Below are positions 36,883 to 50,300 of a stretch of 64,000 nucleotides of DNA, piece after piece. The notes beneath the pieces were generated by a model. It made no database searches. It saw only the letters and a list, made by a program, of their open reading frames with translations, and was not told the DNA's origin. The DNA is from Polymyxa betae A26-41 (taxonomy: Eukaryota; Protista; Endomyxa: Phytomyxea), in assembly GCA_003693705.1 (NCBI GenBank), contig RBZT01000339.1:42088-106087 (forward strand). Reading direction: 5' to 3'. The position numbers were made by a program, and so were the translations under genes. The first letter of the stretch is position 1, and each line of letters starts with the position of its first letter.

Positions 36883-39800
36883 CTAAAGATATAGACTCCC
36901 GGCAAATGGAATCCCTCGGTGAATGGAACGGCGGGCTTGTTCAAATTGGGCTTGAAGGGTTTCATTTCCAATCGAATGCGCTCCTTCAGCTAATTGTAAC
37001 AAAACCTATTATTATCTCAGCTTGCAAGAACTGGAATCTGAATGAAAGATACCTCTTGCAATCTTCGTAAATTCCGAATAATGGACCCTTCAAAGACAGT
37101 TTTGTACTTCCCACAAAGCTCTGAGAAACTGGTGCCACGGCACCAATCTAACACAATGGCGGCCATTGTTCCAGAAAATTGGTTAACATAATCTTCAACC
37201 TACAAAGCAGATATCAACAGGTTCGGCTAGGAAGACTTCGGATAAACGTTTCTTTACATTAACTGGCATGTCGCATTCGGCAGTCAACTCAGCGACGTTG
37301 CGAGCTGTCGATTTTAATGATGCTGAGTCCTGACTTAGCACGCGCAAGACTGTAAAACGAATTTCCTTACCAAATTGATTCTCAATCTCTTTCGGAACAG
37401 AGGGTCCTCGCTTCTCTTGATCCAGCTGTAGACAGCTGACTAAAGCAGCCGTTTGTGCTGGATCTAAATCTTGGAATATGCCATCGACCTAAAATGAGCA
37501 TAAGGCTACATAGAGAACGCAAAGAAACTGATCACATACAATCAACTCGGTGGAGACAATTTCGTCAAGCGAATCGATTTCACAAGCAATCCGTCCTTTC
37601 TGAAGTACAAGACCTTGACTGTCAACATACAGAAGTTTTCTAAGCAGCCTTAGACGATTCTTCAATTCAATTTTGAACAGATTCAGACTGTTGTTTAAAA
37701 CACCATCGTTCAGGTCTATTCAACTTTGAACAGAAAGCTGTGAGTCCTCAAGGAAGTTACCGTTGATTTCAGATTGTAACCGAAGATAGTTCTCAAATAA
37801 AGCCATTTCGAATTCTTCCGGCATGGGAAGCGAAGTTAGAATCGAGACCGCATTATCAATATTCTTTGAACAATCAGTATCTCAGCACTACCATAATGCT
37901 TATTAACCTTCTGATGCTTTAAGTATTCAATTTCCTTGTCAGAAGGCATGTGCATGTTATTAACAGGGTCTAAGTCAATAGCACATCCGGAAGAAATAAC
38001 TTCTTTCATTCTTTTCATAAGTGTTTTCCTGACAGCAGCAGGGACCAAATCATCAGGGACGAACATCTACAAATCACGAATTAAAGTTAAGCACTTTCCA
38101 TGTCAAAACAGACTCTGGCCGAAGATATCTTTTTAACAGCATCAAAGTGAAATCTGACAACATGAGCTTCACTGGAACTCGACGGTTGGACATCGCAACC
38201 GTCCTCATCAGTTATGCGGCAATTGACGAGAACGTCAACACAGTATTTAGAAGGTGCAAACAGCTTCTGAGATCCCATTACAATCCCTAATGAAAAATTA
38301 ATATGCTGACAGGGAATTGCAATACAGCACAGCACCCCATCCAAAATCGCGGTCATCGTCGGTTTTCTGATCGCTCTAGCAGCAACGTCAAAATTGGATT
38401 TCTCTTGGTGAAATGCCATACTTTACTGCCGATGTAGACAACACGACCCGGCTGGATAAACCGGAGCGAAATCTCGGGATTATGAATATATTGCTCAACA
38501 GCCTGACGACTTTCCTCGATCGCCTTTTTAAACCGGCAATACTTGTCGATGCTATCAAATCGATTCGGATCTCTGATACAAAAAATTAGAATGCTTGAGT
38601 GTCAGAAAATCAATAACAACTTTTCCGTTAATTTCTTCTTGATTTGTTCAACTTCTTGAGAAAGATGATCGATGTTGGATACAGATTGGTTTTGCTGTAT
38701 TCCATCAAGATAGACAAGAAAACTATTGGAGCCATTCAAAACCAAATGGTGGCTTTAGAATTCGACGACCTATTTCTTAACAGCAGTTCAGGGTTGTGCA
38801 ACTCCGATCGCGACATGTTTAGAATTGAGTTGTACGTTAATCGAAATTGCGAGATCTGAAACAAATCGATCAGTAACGGGCTTAAATGGACGAATCATTT
38901 TTCCATTACCAGTGGATCAGTGTGGATATCGACGAGAGATTCTATTGCTTCTTTCTTTTGATCTTGGTCTATCATCATAATTGACAACCCGAATGGATCT
39001 TTGCCTCTTCTTCCAGCTCGTCCTGTTAACCCGGTATCAGAAAAAAACGAGGGGTACAAGAAAGGCTACCGCTCATCTGAATATATTCGCTTGAAGTGAT
39101 AGAACGTCGATTCTCGCCATCGAACTTATCAAGAGCGGTGAATATAACAGTTTTGGCAGGCATATTTACTCCTATTGCTCATATGAGACGTTTTCTGTTT
39201 TGGTAAAAAGTTCCGACCTAAAGCAAACGTTTCCGTTGCACACAAAACCTTCACCAGCGACTCCTAGTGGGAGACCAGATCAACAGTGTCCTTAACAATT
39301 ACAAATCAGTACCTGAAACAGTAATTCCACGATTTCCTTTAAAATCGGTAGCATTCCACCATGATGCACCCCAATTCCTGATCAACGTAAATCAAATATA
39401 TATTCATACTCGCAAGCAAGCACAAGAGACCAAGTTTTAGCAAAGGAAGCAGATTTAAAGCTTGAGGAAGCTGAGCACTCAGTTAACGGAAAGAATCAGC
39501 AGATGGCATTGTTACATTTCGGTCCTCTTCTGATAAAGATTCAAGTGCGTTATCGAACACAGTTTGGACCAAGTTTTGTTCTTCAGGCGTGTTCATACAC
39601 AGATTGCCCAGCTTCATAGCATTGGATTCACATTCCCGCCGGCTGAAACTAAACAAAATGGCGGGATGGTAATTCTGCTGGACAAGCATGAAAAGCAGAC
39701 GTTGGATTCCACTGGAGCTCAATATGAGCTCTACGAGAATGTTAAAATCTTTCAACTCACTTGTTTTTGGCTCGTTCTTTGACAGCAGCTGCCCTCGTGA

Positions 39801-40922
39801 TCGCCATATCGAAGTTCTTCTCATTAAATTTTGTGCTGGGATCGGAAACGAGATAGATCCCTTCACCTTCGCCTTTGACGAAGACGTAATGGTGCAAAGG
39901 GATCGGCCGTTTCTAACCTAATCAGACGAACATACAGTGCAATAAAGAAGCCTACCAAGGTCTGCACCACCTCACAACGAGCTCCTCGGATTTTCGAAAC
40001 CCAATCTGCAAACTGATCGGCCTGCAAATCAGTCAGAAAAGGAGCTGGCAGCAATGCTCAAGAGCGCAAACACATACATTCGATAGCGTCGCCGATAAAA
40101 ACACTAACTTAATCGTTTTCGGGCACATGATGATGGTTTCCTCCCAAACGACGCCTATAATGATTCTGATAGCAAGGACAGGTCGTCGCTTGTAATTCAA
40201 GAAATGCTACCTCGTTCACGATCTCTCATGTAGCTGAAAAGTGGCATATCCGTTAATAACACACGATCACGGAATGAGCAATGGCAAATCCCTACTGGAT
40301 CTCATCGAACACAATCCATTCGACTTCCTCCATTTCAAAAGCGCCTCTGTCTGACAGACTTTTCAGTACCAGCAAGCGTTGGTTAGGCGAATGGTACAGA
40401 GCATATTCCGCAGAATCTCGGTCGTCATGACAAGGCAAGAAGCTTCCGGGTTCAATGACAAATCGCCGGTTTTCAACCCGACCTGGCCTTCCCCAAATTC
40501 CTGCTGCAATTCCCGGAATCTAACATCATGTTGGGAGCGAATTCAAGGGCACGACGACGTCTACTTTTGGTTTGATAAAGCTTTGATAGGAGATGTATAA
40601 ACCACCCTTCGTTGATCTCGAAGCGCAGAGGCGATCGCGTATCTGTAGACCATCCATCAACAAACCAATTCATGGTCGCAGAACGAGGCGTACTCAGCCA
40701 CTGAAGTCTTTCCTGCAGCCGCTAAGAAACCCATTCAGTATCAATAGAACAAATGTGAATCCTGGTCATACTATGAGCGGCGACCATCAGGGATTGGCCG
40801 GCATCGATCAAGCTGATCGCCTGCTTCTGCCAGTCATCAAGCTCGAAAGGGAACTCTTTGGCTGGAGGCCTAGGTTCAGACGCCGACGTCGTCCCATTCG
40901 GCTGCACCTCCATTCTCTCCAT
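36883..40922 (-). CDS. MTR4: Ski2-like RNA helicase MTR4
   Basis: [62 protein letters not shown]; ends [11 protein letters not shown]. Confidence 0.93.
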
Positions 40923-41125
40923 GACAGACGACAATGAAGAATGACCTCTATGGGGACGCATACACCGTCTATCAGCTCACGATCACGCGATATCGACCCC
41001 ATCGCCCCATCATAGTTAGACTTTGGGCCCATTCTAACTAACTTAGATTATCGTCCAATCAACACTACATTCGATCACTATTTTTCACTCGGTATTCGGG
41101 ATTTTGCCAAACGCGCTTGCTTATC

Positions 41126-42010
41126 TCATGAGCCGTCGCACGTTCTGTATTGATAACATGACATCGCCGTTGAGAAAGTCCATCTACTTTTGAGGGGTTG
41201 GCAGCCGTGGTCTGCAGTTAAAACACATCTCATAGAATATTGATTGAACATTGATACATGTTTGCGAATGTGTTTGATGAGATAATTGCAGATGAAAGTC
41301 ATGCCGTTATCCTGCCGGGTATTCCGCCATAGTGGTGAGCTGATTTTGAAGAACTCTGTTTTTAATTCAGAAGTGTTATTTTCTTTAGGTCGCGATCCAT
41401 GCCATAAAGGTTGCGATGAGATCATTGTCAAGGAATAGTCATGACGGGGCTACTCAGACCTCGTTAGCCGCTCGTCGTCTATATCGGGATCTACATAACG
41501 GAGATTGGGGAAGTCCAGCATATTAAACCAGCCTCCAGGACCATTTGTTTCTTGGTAACAGCGGCGGTTGAGTTGGTGCCGGGTTTGTTGCAACATGTGC
41601 TTCGTAAGGGCATGAATTTTAATGCCTTGCAATTTTGTCGCTGTCGGACGCCGTTGATACCGCTCCAATAATGGGGATTGCGGAAATTTCAACGAATCAA
41701 GCCGGCTTCCATGATAGCCTGTCTCTATGATGTCTATACAGCTTTGTCGTTGATCTGGATACAATCAGCTGGTGGCCACACTTAGATAAATAATCTGATT
41801 TTTCACTAGCGAATATGTTCCCGCAGAGCAGGAACTGGCCTGGAATACATTCTGCAGCTGAATGTTTATCGCATTCGAAGATCATGTTTGGATCGGGCGT
41901 CGGCATTGTGAGGCAGTCTACGAGTCAGAACTAGGTGTTGCCGCCACCACAGCGCTGTTAGAAAGCCCGACACGATGATTAGAGATAAGAAGATGTAAGT
42001 CAAAACGTGT
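41126..42010 (-). CDS. Hypothetical protein, possibly type II membrane-anchored
   Basis: Collinear ORFs 41126-41431, 41450-41764 and 41697-41906; hydrophobic stretch LTYIFLSLIIVSGFLTALWWR near 41940-42005; exon joins unresolved. Confidence 0.3.
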
Positions 42011-42452
42011 GTTAATCAAACTGAGCTGATTTCAAGTTCGGTTGCATTAACTAGAAGGGTCGGACGCGTTGACGTTTATCCATGCCGGTGTAATCCAGAT
42101 CGTATTCGAATTCCGTAAAGTTTATTCACAATATAAAGAATGTAAAGATGGAGCAGAGCAATTCGATAAATAAAACCGTTTGTGAAAGGACACGATAGCT
42201 TTATTTTTAAAGCGAAACTGTATGTTGCGGTTTAAGCATCAACTCAATATGGTTCGCACGTCAATAGGCAAAGTTGGTCTGTAATCCTTCTAGAGTGCTT
42301 CGTCAGTTAGCAGTTAGTTTTAGTCAGATTATCGCCTGATTCTGGATTCGTAGATTGCCTGAGTCATGCATGCAGAAGCGATATGTTGTGTGTAATCTGC
42401 GCGACGGATTTAATCTCCATCTGATCAAGGAAGGACTGAGAAGGCGTCTCCG

Positions 42453-42854
42453 ATGTCGAATGCTCCACAGGCAAGCTTCGTCTCGTCTCGGCCTGGCCCT
42501 ATTCTGATCGCTGCCCAAATAGATTGTCAATCCAAAACCGTTCCTTCAGGATCTGACCGGGAAGCCGGTCGCCGTCAAGCTGAAATGGGGCATGGAATAT
42601 CGCGGGTTCTTGGTCTCGGTCGACGCCTACATGAACTTGCAGTTAGCAAGCACTGAAGAATGGATCGATTCGAAGTTCGCTGAGAATCTTGGTGAAGTTC
42701 TTGTTAGGTAAGTCTTAAACTTCCACGGTTTTCCAAGGGGCCTTTCCAAATGCTACGAATCAGGTGCAATAATGTCTTATATATTCGAGGCGTTCCTGAA
42801 GATGTCGACGAGGTCGACGCCGACCACGGTAACCAGATGGACCGAGATGAATAA
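42453..42854 (+). CDS. SNRPF: snRNP core protein SmF
   Basis: [48 protein letters not shown]...LGEVLVR|CNNVLYIR. Confidence 0.97.
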
Positions 42855-43069
42855 TTCTCATACAACAAATTTGTTGTCATCAGCACTTCTGAGTATCTCA
42901 TTGACGACTTCCACATTGCTAAAATACAACTCTCTCTACCAAAGTAATGTTTTGAGGAGACTGTTGGTAGTAATTTGCGCAGCCTGTGATGGTTTCATCG
43001 ATTTTCAAATGACGTTCCGAGTTCTGCTTTATGCTTCTGTTATAATGGCATGCGCCTGAATCTGTGCTT

Positions 43070-44616
43070 ATGGAGTCTTTGCGAAAAATGTCATCTGCTC
43101 ACACTACAGCCGAGCCGAATCCAACGCTCTGTGTTGAGGCTCCCGAACCAGATGCTCCGAACTCTTCCCTTTCAGAGTCACCACATAATCCAGTAGCAGG
43201 TTCTGTACTAAATCCAGAACAGTCGTCTTTAGATTTAGACCAAAAACCGCATTCTTCTGCAGCCAGTTTACTAGAGACACCAGAGCCTAATTTGGGGTCG
43301 CAACCTGAGCATTCCGAAGACCGGTCTTCAGTCGGTCGGTTTACGCCAAATGAAAAAGCGACTACGAACTGTGTAGGTGATCAGGCGTCCCCAATTAAGG
43401 GAGCAGATCAAGAATGCAGGGAGCTAATGGAAAAATTTGAACGATTAACCGAACTGATGAGTAGGCAGAAGATCCTGTTAGCGGATCTCGCTCTGGACGA
43501 TATCGAACAGCGGATATCGAAATTAGATCCGGAACAATTGTCATCAGACGTAATCTGTCAATTGATCGAATTAGGAATCGTTCATTAAAGTTGTCAGGTG
43601 GAAGAAGCGATTGGCAAATTTCGATCCAATGACGCCATGAAGGCAATCAGAAGTGATGCCCAGAAGGTTCGCAAGATGATCAGAGAGGCCCAGACCAAAG
43701 ATCCAAATTGGATTCTGTCGAGTGAAGATAATGTCAGTGTGATGAAGATCACGTCTATGCATCTGACGATTACATAGAGCCGTCGTATGAAGTCCTTCCA
43801 TCGAGTAAACAATGACAGTAGCATCATCTGCTTCAAAGTCGAAGCTCGTTCCATTCAATGCAATGTGTTCAACTTATTGGCGCTTTTTATTGAGGTCGAT
43901 CTGCTACCTGCAATCCTCTCTACTCCATTAGCCTCGCTAGACATCGACCCGTTGCTGATGCTCAAGTTTCGGAAGCTGATGCATATCGTTTGTACTCCTA
44001 TTTGGCCATTCTCTGCTCGCGATATTACCTTGGACATGTCGGGATTCGACGTCTTGGACCAAAAATGTGTCGTTCTTTGTGGAGAGTCGTTCGAGAAGGC
44101 TGATGATGTCGGAATTTCCGCCCCTGAGGTGTCATCATTGATTGTGTCGGCACGATGTTTCTAAAGCTATTTTAGAGCCCCTCTAAATCGACACGAATCT
44201 CTGCTCAGTTATCAGGTGTGATCCTGAGGCCGCTGGGTGAGAACTTGACAAGCATGGTTGTAATCGCTGCTCTCGACGTAAAGCTTGGAGCTATCCCACC
44301 TGCTCTTGTTCAATTCATTACCAAGAGATTGACCTTGCCGATATTCCAGGCATGTTCTTTCTTGTTCGATTCAGCAATTACTGATTGGTTGCAGATGTTC
44401 ACTCGTCATGCCGAGAAATTGTCCGAGAGTCAGATCCACCAAGAACGATTATCTGAAGACCGATTCGGTGTCTACGAGACGATCAGAAATGCCTTAAGTG
44501 ACTATGATTACGAGCAAAGTCGAATTGCCGAAGGAGAGGCAAGCTCGCAGTTGGAGGATGTCGAGTCTTCTAAAATCAGTTTTTCTCATCCAAGCAATCA
44601 CTTGGCCACAATCTGA
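43070..44616 (+). CDS. START/SRPBCC lipid-binding domain protein
   Basis: LLALFIEVDL, TPIWPFSARD, LDVKLGAIPPALVQFI typical of the START fold; acidic low-complexity N-terminus. Confidence 0.7.
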
Positions 44617-45162
44617 CCAGCGATTCAATAGCAAGCGGCAAGGTTCCATCTTCCTTTTGCTAAATAAAACAAGCTACTAATGTATAAATTGATATTCATG
44701 ACAACCTAATTATATAATCTGCCTTTCTAACCATAGCCTCCACCTGGCAAGGAAAGCTTCTGCAGCGTTTTTAGTCGGATCTGTGCCAGGCATGGTTTCG
44801 TTCATTAATTTGCAGCACCACCTCAGAGTGCCTTTCTCATCGAGCAACCATAGAATAAACCAGCTTTACCATGCCTTCTAGGAAAGGCCCGGGCGGGCTC
44901 GTCGGAAACGAGAAGCACTATGACGGGGAACCATCATTGGCCAAAGACAACCCCGTCATGCAATTCTGACTTCCACACGCAATCAGCCGAGAATGAGAAT
45001 GCTTAGATTAGGCGAATACAGTAATGGTGTTTCATATAGTGGATCCTTCTACCAGCGTCACTAAACGCAACAGTACTATACTATAATAGTCAGTACCGAT
45101 CGATTAGAGGAACCCGTTCTGGGCCCTGTTTTGCCAATATCTCCGTCAGCCCTTATCTATGA

Positions 45163-47082
45163 ATGGAAGTAATCCAACAGTTTGCTGAGAATGAGACGTA
45201 TCTCTATGCATTGCGGCAGCAATTTCAGGTTCAGGTCCCGCTCTCCATTCCCGATGTGCCCAAAGTGGAATTGGCGCCAGCACGGGTGACGGAAACGCTG
45301 GAGGCGGTGCTTCGCGAGCCGCTTGGTGTGATTTTTTTCAATCGTTATTTGCGCTCGACGAAGACCATTGAGCAGGCGCTGTTCTTGGGCGAAGTCATGC
45401 AGTTTGAGGAATTACCGAAGGGGAGCTTCCGCAAACGGGTCGCCAAGAAAATCGTACAGAAATATTTGCTGTCGAATTCGAGGATGGCACTATCAATACA
45501 CGACGCAACGAGACAGCTGATAATCTCGAGAATGGCTCAGGACTCGGATGGTGAAAACATGTTCGCTTCCGCTAAGAGTTCAGTTCAACGAGACATTATG
45601 ATTGATTCGTTTCCTGGGTTTCTGTTCAGCCAATATTACGCCAGGCTATTGGCATTCAGAGCCAAGGAGATGAGTGCTGTCTCCAGAAACGATTTTGAAT
45701 TCATCCGAGTGTTGGGAAAAGGAGGATTCGGAAAAGTCTACGCTGCCCGTAAGCTTGATACTCGTCAAATGTACGCCTGCAAAGAAATGAGTAAAGAGAG
45801 AATCTTCGAGAGGAAACGCGAACGACTCTTACAGAATGAGGTAGGCTGGTGCCGTTTTGTCTACCGGGAGACTAAAATGGCATTGATCAGAGGCATTTTC
45901 TGACCCGAATCAGCCATCCTTTTATTGTTGGCCTACACTATGCTTTCCAGGATCCGATGAATCTGTACTTCGTCATGGATTTAGTTACCGGCGGCGAGCT
46001 TGAATATCACCTTCACAACCGTGGGCGATTCAATGCAAACTGGGTCCGGTTCTTTATTGCTGGCATCACGTTAGCTTTGGAATATCTGCATGGCCAACAA
46101 ATCGTATATCGCGATTTGAAACTGGAAAACGTCCTTTTAGACAACGACGGTAAAATTCTGCTAACAATAAGCACAACCCAATACTGAGTCTTCCACAGGG
46201 TTTGTAATGCTTGCTGATCTGGGCTTATGCTCCGTTGTTCCAGAAGGTCAACAGCTTTATGAGCATTGTGGGACACGGTCTTTTATGGCTCCCGAGCAGT
46301 GCATGAGCGGATATCGCTTCGAAGTCGATTGGTGGGCATTAGGCGTCTGCACCTATAAACTCTTAACGAATAAGAACCCGTTCTCCAAAATCTGGAGAGA
46401 GCAGGAAAAACCCAAAGAAGGATTGGTGTCGTCGATTTTGACGAAATCCATTCGCCAGCTATCGCAATTAAAATCGTCGATCAGCCGCCGCGATGGGAAG
46501 AGCTCGCTGCGGTCGCCCGATGCTGGTGCAAATCCTGCTGACATCGGTCTGGCCGGTCTTGGGGCTGCTAACCCAGTCGGAGATACGCCCAACAGCCCTG
46601 GAAAGTCGCCTGCTGGTGCGGCTGATATGGAGAAGAAAAAACATATGGAGACGGTTCGGAGACGTAAAACGACTCTGCTTCGAAGCATGTTCGAGACAAC
46701 AATCCGCGACCTTGCATGGCCTGATCACGTCGATGAAGGTGCCAAATCGTTCGTACTGGCAACGCTTCAATTGGATCCCAATCTTCGTCTGGGACACAAC
46801 GGTGCTGCAGAAGTGAAAGCCCACGAATTCTTCAAAGGATTCGATTGGGGTCGTTTGCAGCGAAAGCATATGGTTCCACCGTTTGTTCCAAGCTCAGGAT
46901 CCGTCAATGCTGAATACGTCGAAGCCGCCGATAATCTATCCAGCAAGAAAAGGTACCCGGTGTTCCCTGATTTCGACTACGTCGCCCGGCAGTCTTTCCA
47001 GCGCGAAATCGTGAATACTATGTACGATTTTGACGATCTCAGGCACTACAGAAAGCATCCGGCCCCGAAGAAACTGGTTTGA
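45163..47082 (+). CDS. RGS-domain AGC kinase, GRK-like
   Basis: RGS-like LEAVLREPLG...FNRYL...DSFPGFLFSQYY; kinase LGKGGFGKV, MYACK, YRDLKLEN, LADLGL, GTRSFMAPE, DWWALG, PPFVP. Confidence 0.85.
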
Positions 47083-47352
47083 TTCGTAGCTTAATACACA
47101 GAATTAACATATAACAACTATGATCTTGGGGAAGCTCACGTTGTTCTCTGTCGGACGACACATCTCTCTGGCGGTGCTTTTCATACTTTTCCTGTAAAAA
47201 TTCCTTTCCTTCATTCGACCTTTAGCTACATACAAACGACCCCATCAGTCATCTTATATAGTAGTCAGCAAGTGAAAGATTTTATGCGTTGTGTCTTCAT
47301 TAGTTATCTTTCTCTCAGATCAAATCATTACCTTCAAAATTTACCTATTGCC

Positions 47353-50300
47353 ATGGTCGATAAGATTCACTTCGCTATTGACAGGGGAGGTCAGCTGATC
47401 TCTTATCCGATCAACGTCTGCCTGAATGATACCAGGGACGTTTACTGATATCTATGCGGAATGTCAAGGGCGCGATCCTCTCATTTTGAAGTTACTGACA
47501 CAAAGCGGTGCTTATCCCGATGCGGCTCGTGAAGGCATTCGAAGAGCTTTAGAAACGTTTACAGGCAAGAACTTTCCCAAAGACAGGCCGCTAGACACTT
47601 CACATATTGGTGAATATCTGTCTGATTTAAATGCGATCTTCATTCAACATCAGGATCTGTTCGCATGGGAACAACTGTAGCAACAAATGCTTTATTGGAA
47701 CGTAAAGGCGCTAGAATCGCTCTTTTAATCTCAAGCGGGCTTCGGGATTTGCTTCAGATCGGAGATCAATCTCGGCCGGACATCTTTCAGCTTAATATTG
47801 AGCATCCAAAGTTGCTCTACGAGAGAGTGGAAGAAATCGACGAGCGCCTTAGGTTGGTCCATCCAGAAGAGGTTATTTATCGCTCAGCGAAGACTCCATC
47901 ACAAATCGTATGCGTAGGCCGTTGAAGGAAAGTACTATGCTACAGGGATCACAAAAGAAAAAATCGAGGTCTTACAAGCACCCGATCCTACCAAGATAAG
48001 AAAGCAACTACTGTCGTTAAAGCAGGCTGGCATTTCCAGTATAGCAGTTGTCCTGATGCATTCGTATACATTTCCTGCGCATGAGGCTTTGGTTGGAGAA
48101 ATCGCCAATGTATTCTGTCTGTACTTAATTTCAAAGCATTGAGTGATACGATTAGGAGCTGGGTTTTGAAAATATCTCTCTTTCGTCTGATGTTCTTCCG
48201 ATGGTTAAAATTGTCTCTCGAGGGTATACAGCCTGCGCTGACGCTTATCTAACACCATGCATTAATGAGTATGATGATGCAAATTCAGACAAGCATTTGG
48301 CACTGACCCGTTTTCAGATACGTGAAACACTTGTGTTCGGGATTCGACGATCATATCAATATCACATTAATGCAGTCGGATGGCGGATTAGCGAAATTGT
48401 CTGATTTTAAAGGCAGTAAGGCGATTCTGTCAGGACCAGCTGGCGGTGTCATCGGCTATTCCAGAACAGTAGGTGAAGTTTACAGCGACCAGAAAGGCAT
48501 TCCTTTAATCGGATTCGATATGGGTGGAACATCCACCGATGTCTCCAGATTTCAACATCAACTTGGTAACGCTCAGGTCTATGCCATCAGCTGCTCAACC
48601 TTCTATTTAGAACACAAGTTTGAGAATCGGACAGCTGGCGTGACAATCTTTGCACCACAGCTGGATATCAACACTGTCGCGGCTGGAGGCGGAAGCTGTC
48701 TAAGTGTGGTATCCGGAATTCTTCATGTTGGTCCAGAATCGGCCGGAGCTGATCCAGGCCCTGCATGTTATGGCAAGGGAGGGCCTCTGACAATTACAGA
48801 TTCGAATCTAATTCTGGGCCGCATCATTCCCGAGATCTTTCCTCATGTCTTTGGAAAAGGTTTTGTCGAATGAATCTGCGGCCGTGTGTTGCTGAATCGT
48901 TTTACAGATTCGAATGAGCCCCTCAGTGTTGATGCGGCTGTTGAACAGTTCAGTATTCTAATGCAGAAACACAGTGATGTATTTCATGGCATGTCAATGC
49001 AAGAAGTTGCATACGGGTTCATTCGTGTTGCCAATGAGACCATGTCACGTCCGATTCGTACCTTGACCGAAGCTCGGGGATATGACGCTTCGAAACATAT
49101 CTTGTAACAGTGTGGCGTTGCAGAATAATGAAAGAATGGTAACCTGGCTTTTAGGGCTTGTTTTGGAGGAGCTGCAGGACAACATTGCTGCGCTATTGCA
49201 AGGGCGTTATCCATAAAGAAGATTTTTATTCATCGACACTCTGTAATCGCGCATGCTGCTTATCTCTTCCGGCATTAAAATGGTTTTGTTGATAGGCGGT
49301 TTTTTCAGCTTATGGAATTGCTCTGGCAAATGTCGTTTATGAGAAACTAGAGCCATGCGCTCGTCCTTTGCTTGATAACAAGTCCGATACTGATCCATAC
49401 ATCTCAGAACGTTTGAACGCTTTATCGAAAGAAGTCGAATCACATTTGAAAGAGAAAGGATGCTCACCGGATTGCATCGAAATCGAACATTATCTGAATT
49501 TACGATTTGAAGGAAGTAATCAATCTATGATGATTCGATCTGGTCAGCTCGGCTACCAGAAGCAATTCATTCAGGCTTATGAAAGAGAATACGGTTTCAC
49601 ATTACAGCGCAGGGTCACCGTCGACGACATTCGAGTTCGAGGAGTTGCAAAACGACAACGTGTTCGTCGCCAAGAAATTGAAAAGTGTACAGACAGTTCT
49701 CGTCCGAATCACCCTTTGGAAGGGGATTTTTCCACTAAGTGCTTTTTCGAAAAAGGCGATGAGGCCTTGAATGGAAATCAAATACTCGAGATTGAGACAG
49801 TGAGTTGACTGGCTCGTTCCTCTTGCCACAACTAAGCTGTTTAGCCCGTATATTTGTTGGGCAAGTTACTGGCCGGTCGGGAGATCATTGGGCCAGCTGT
49901 CATCGTGGATAAGAATTCTACTATTGTTGTGGAGGCACGATGCAGAGCTCTCATCACATCTTGGGGGGATGTCGAAATCCGCATTGATTCTCAGAAAGCT
50001 GCCGGTTTATCGGCAATTGCCTGTGATCCGATTTTGCTTTCCATTTTTCAACATCGTTTTATGGGAATTGCGGAACAAATGGGAGTTTCTTTGCAGAGAA
50101 CATCCATCTCTACTAATATAAAAGAGAGGCTAGGTAATGCAATACTCAATTACTGTTCAGTATTTGAATTCGCTCTTAGATTACTCTTGTGCCATCTTTT
50201 GCCCTAGTGGAGGCTTAGTAGCCAATGCTCCCCATTTGTAAGTCTGTCCAAAGCTACAGTTTGTTGTTTAATCGTCGATGGTTCTAGGCCTGTTCATCTT

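Noticed and set aside
41390-41720. Two PARP-like HGSR motifs (LWHGSR, GYHGSRL) in minus-strand ORFs
   Set aside because: No downstream G.GIYF or catalytic Glu motif, and LWHGSR probably falls in an intron; likely coincidence
44745-45010. RNase P/MRP or SRP RNA (GGAAAG and GGAA-loop motifs)
   Set aside because: Could not find the complementary P4/CR-V strand or SRP helix-8 signature; retained only as a generic structured region
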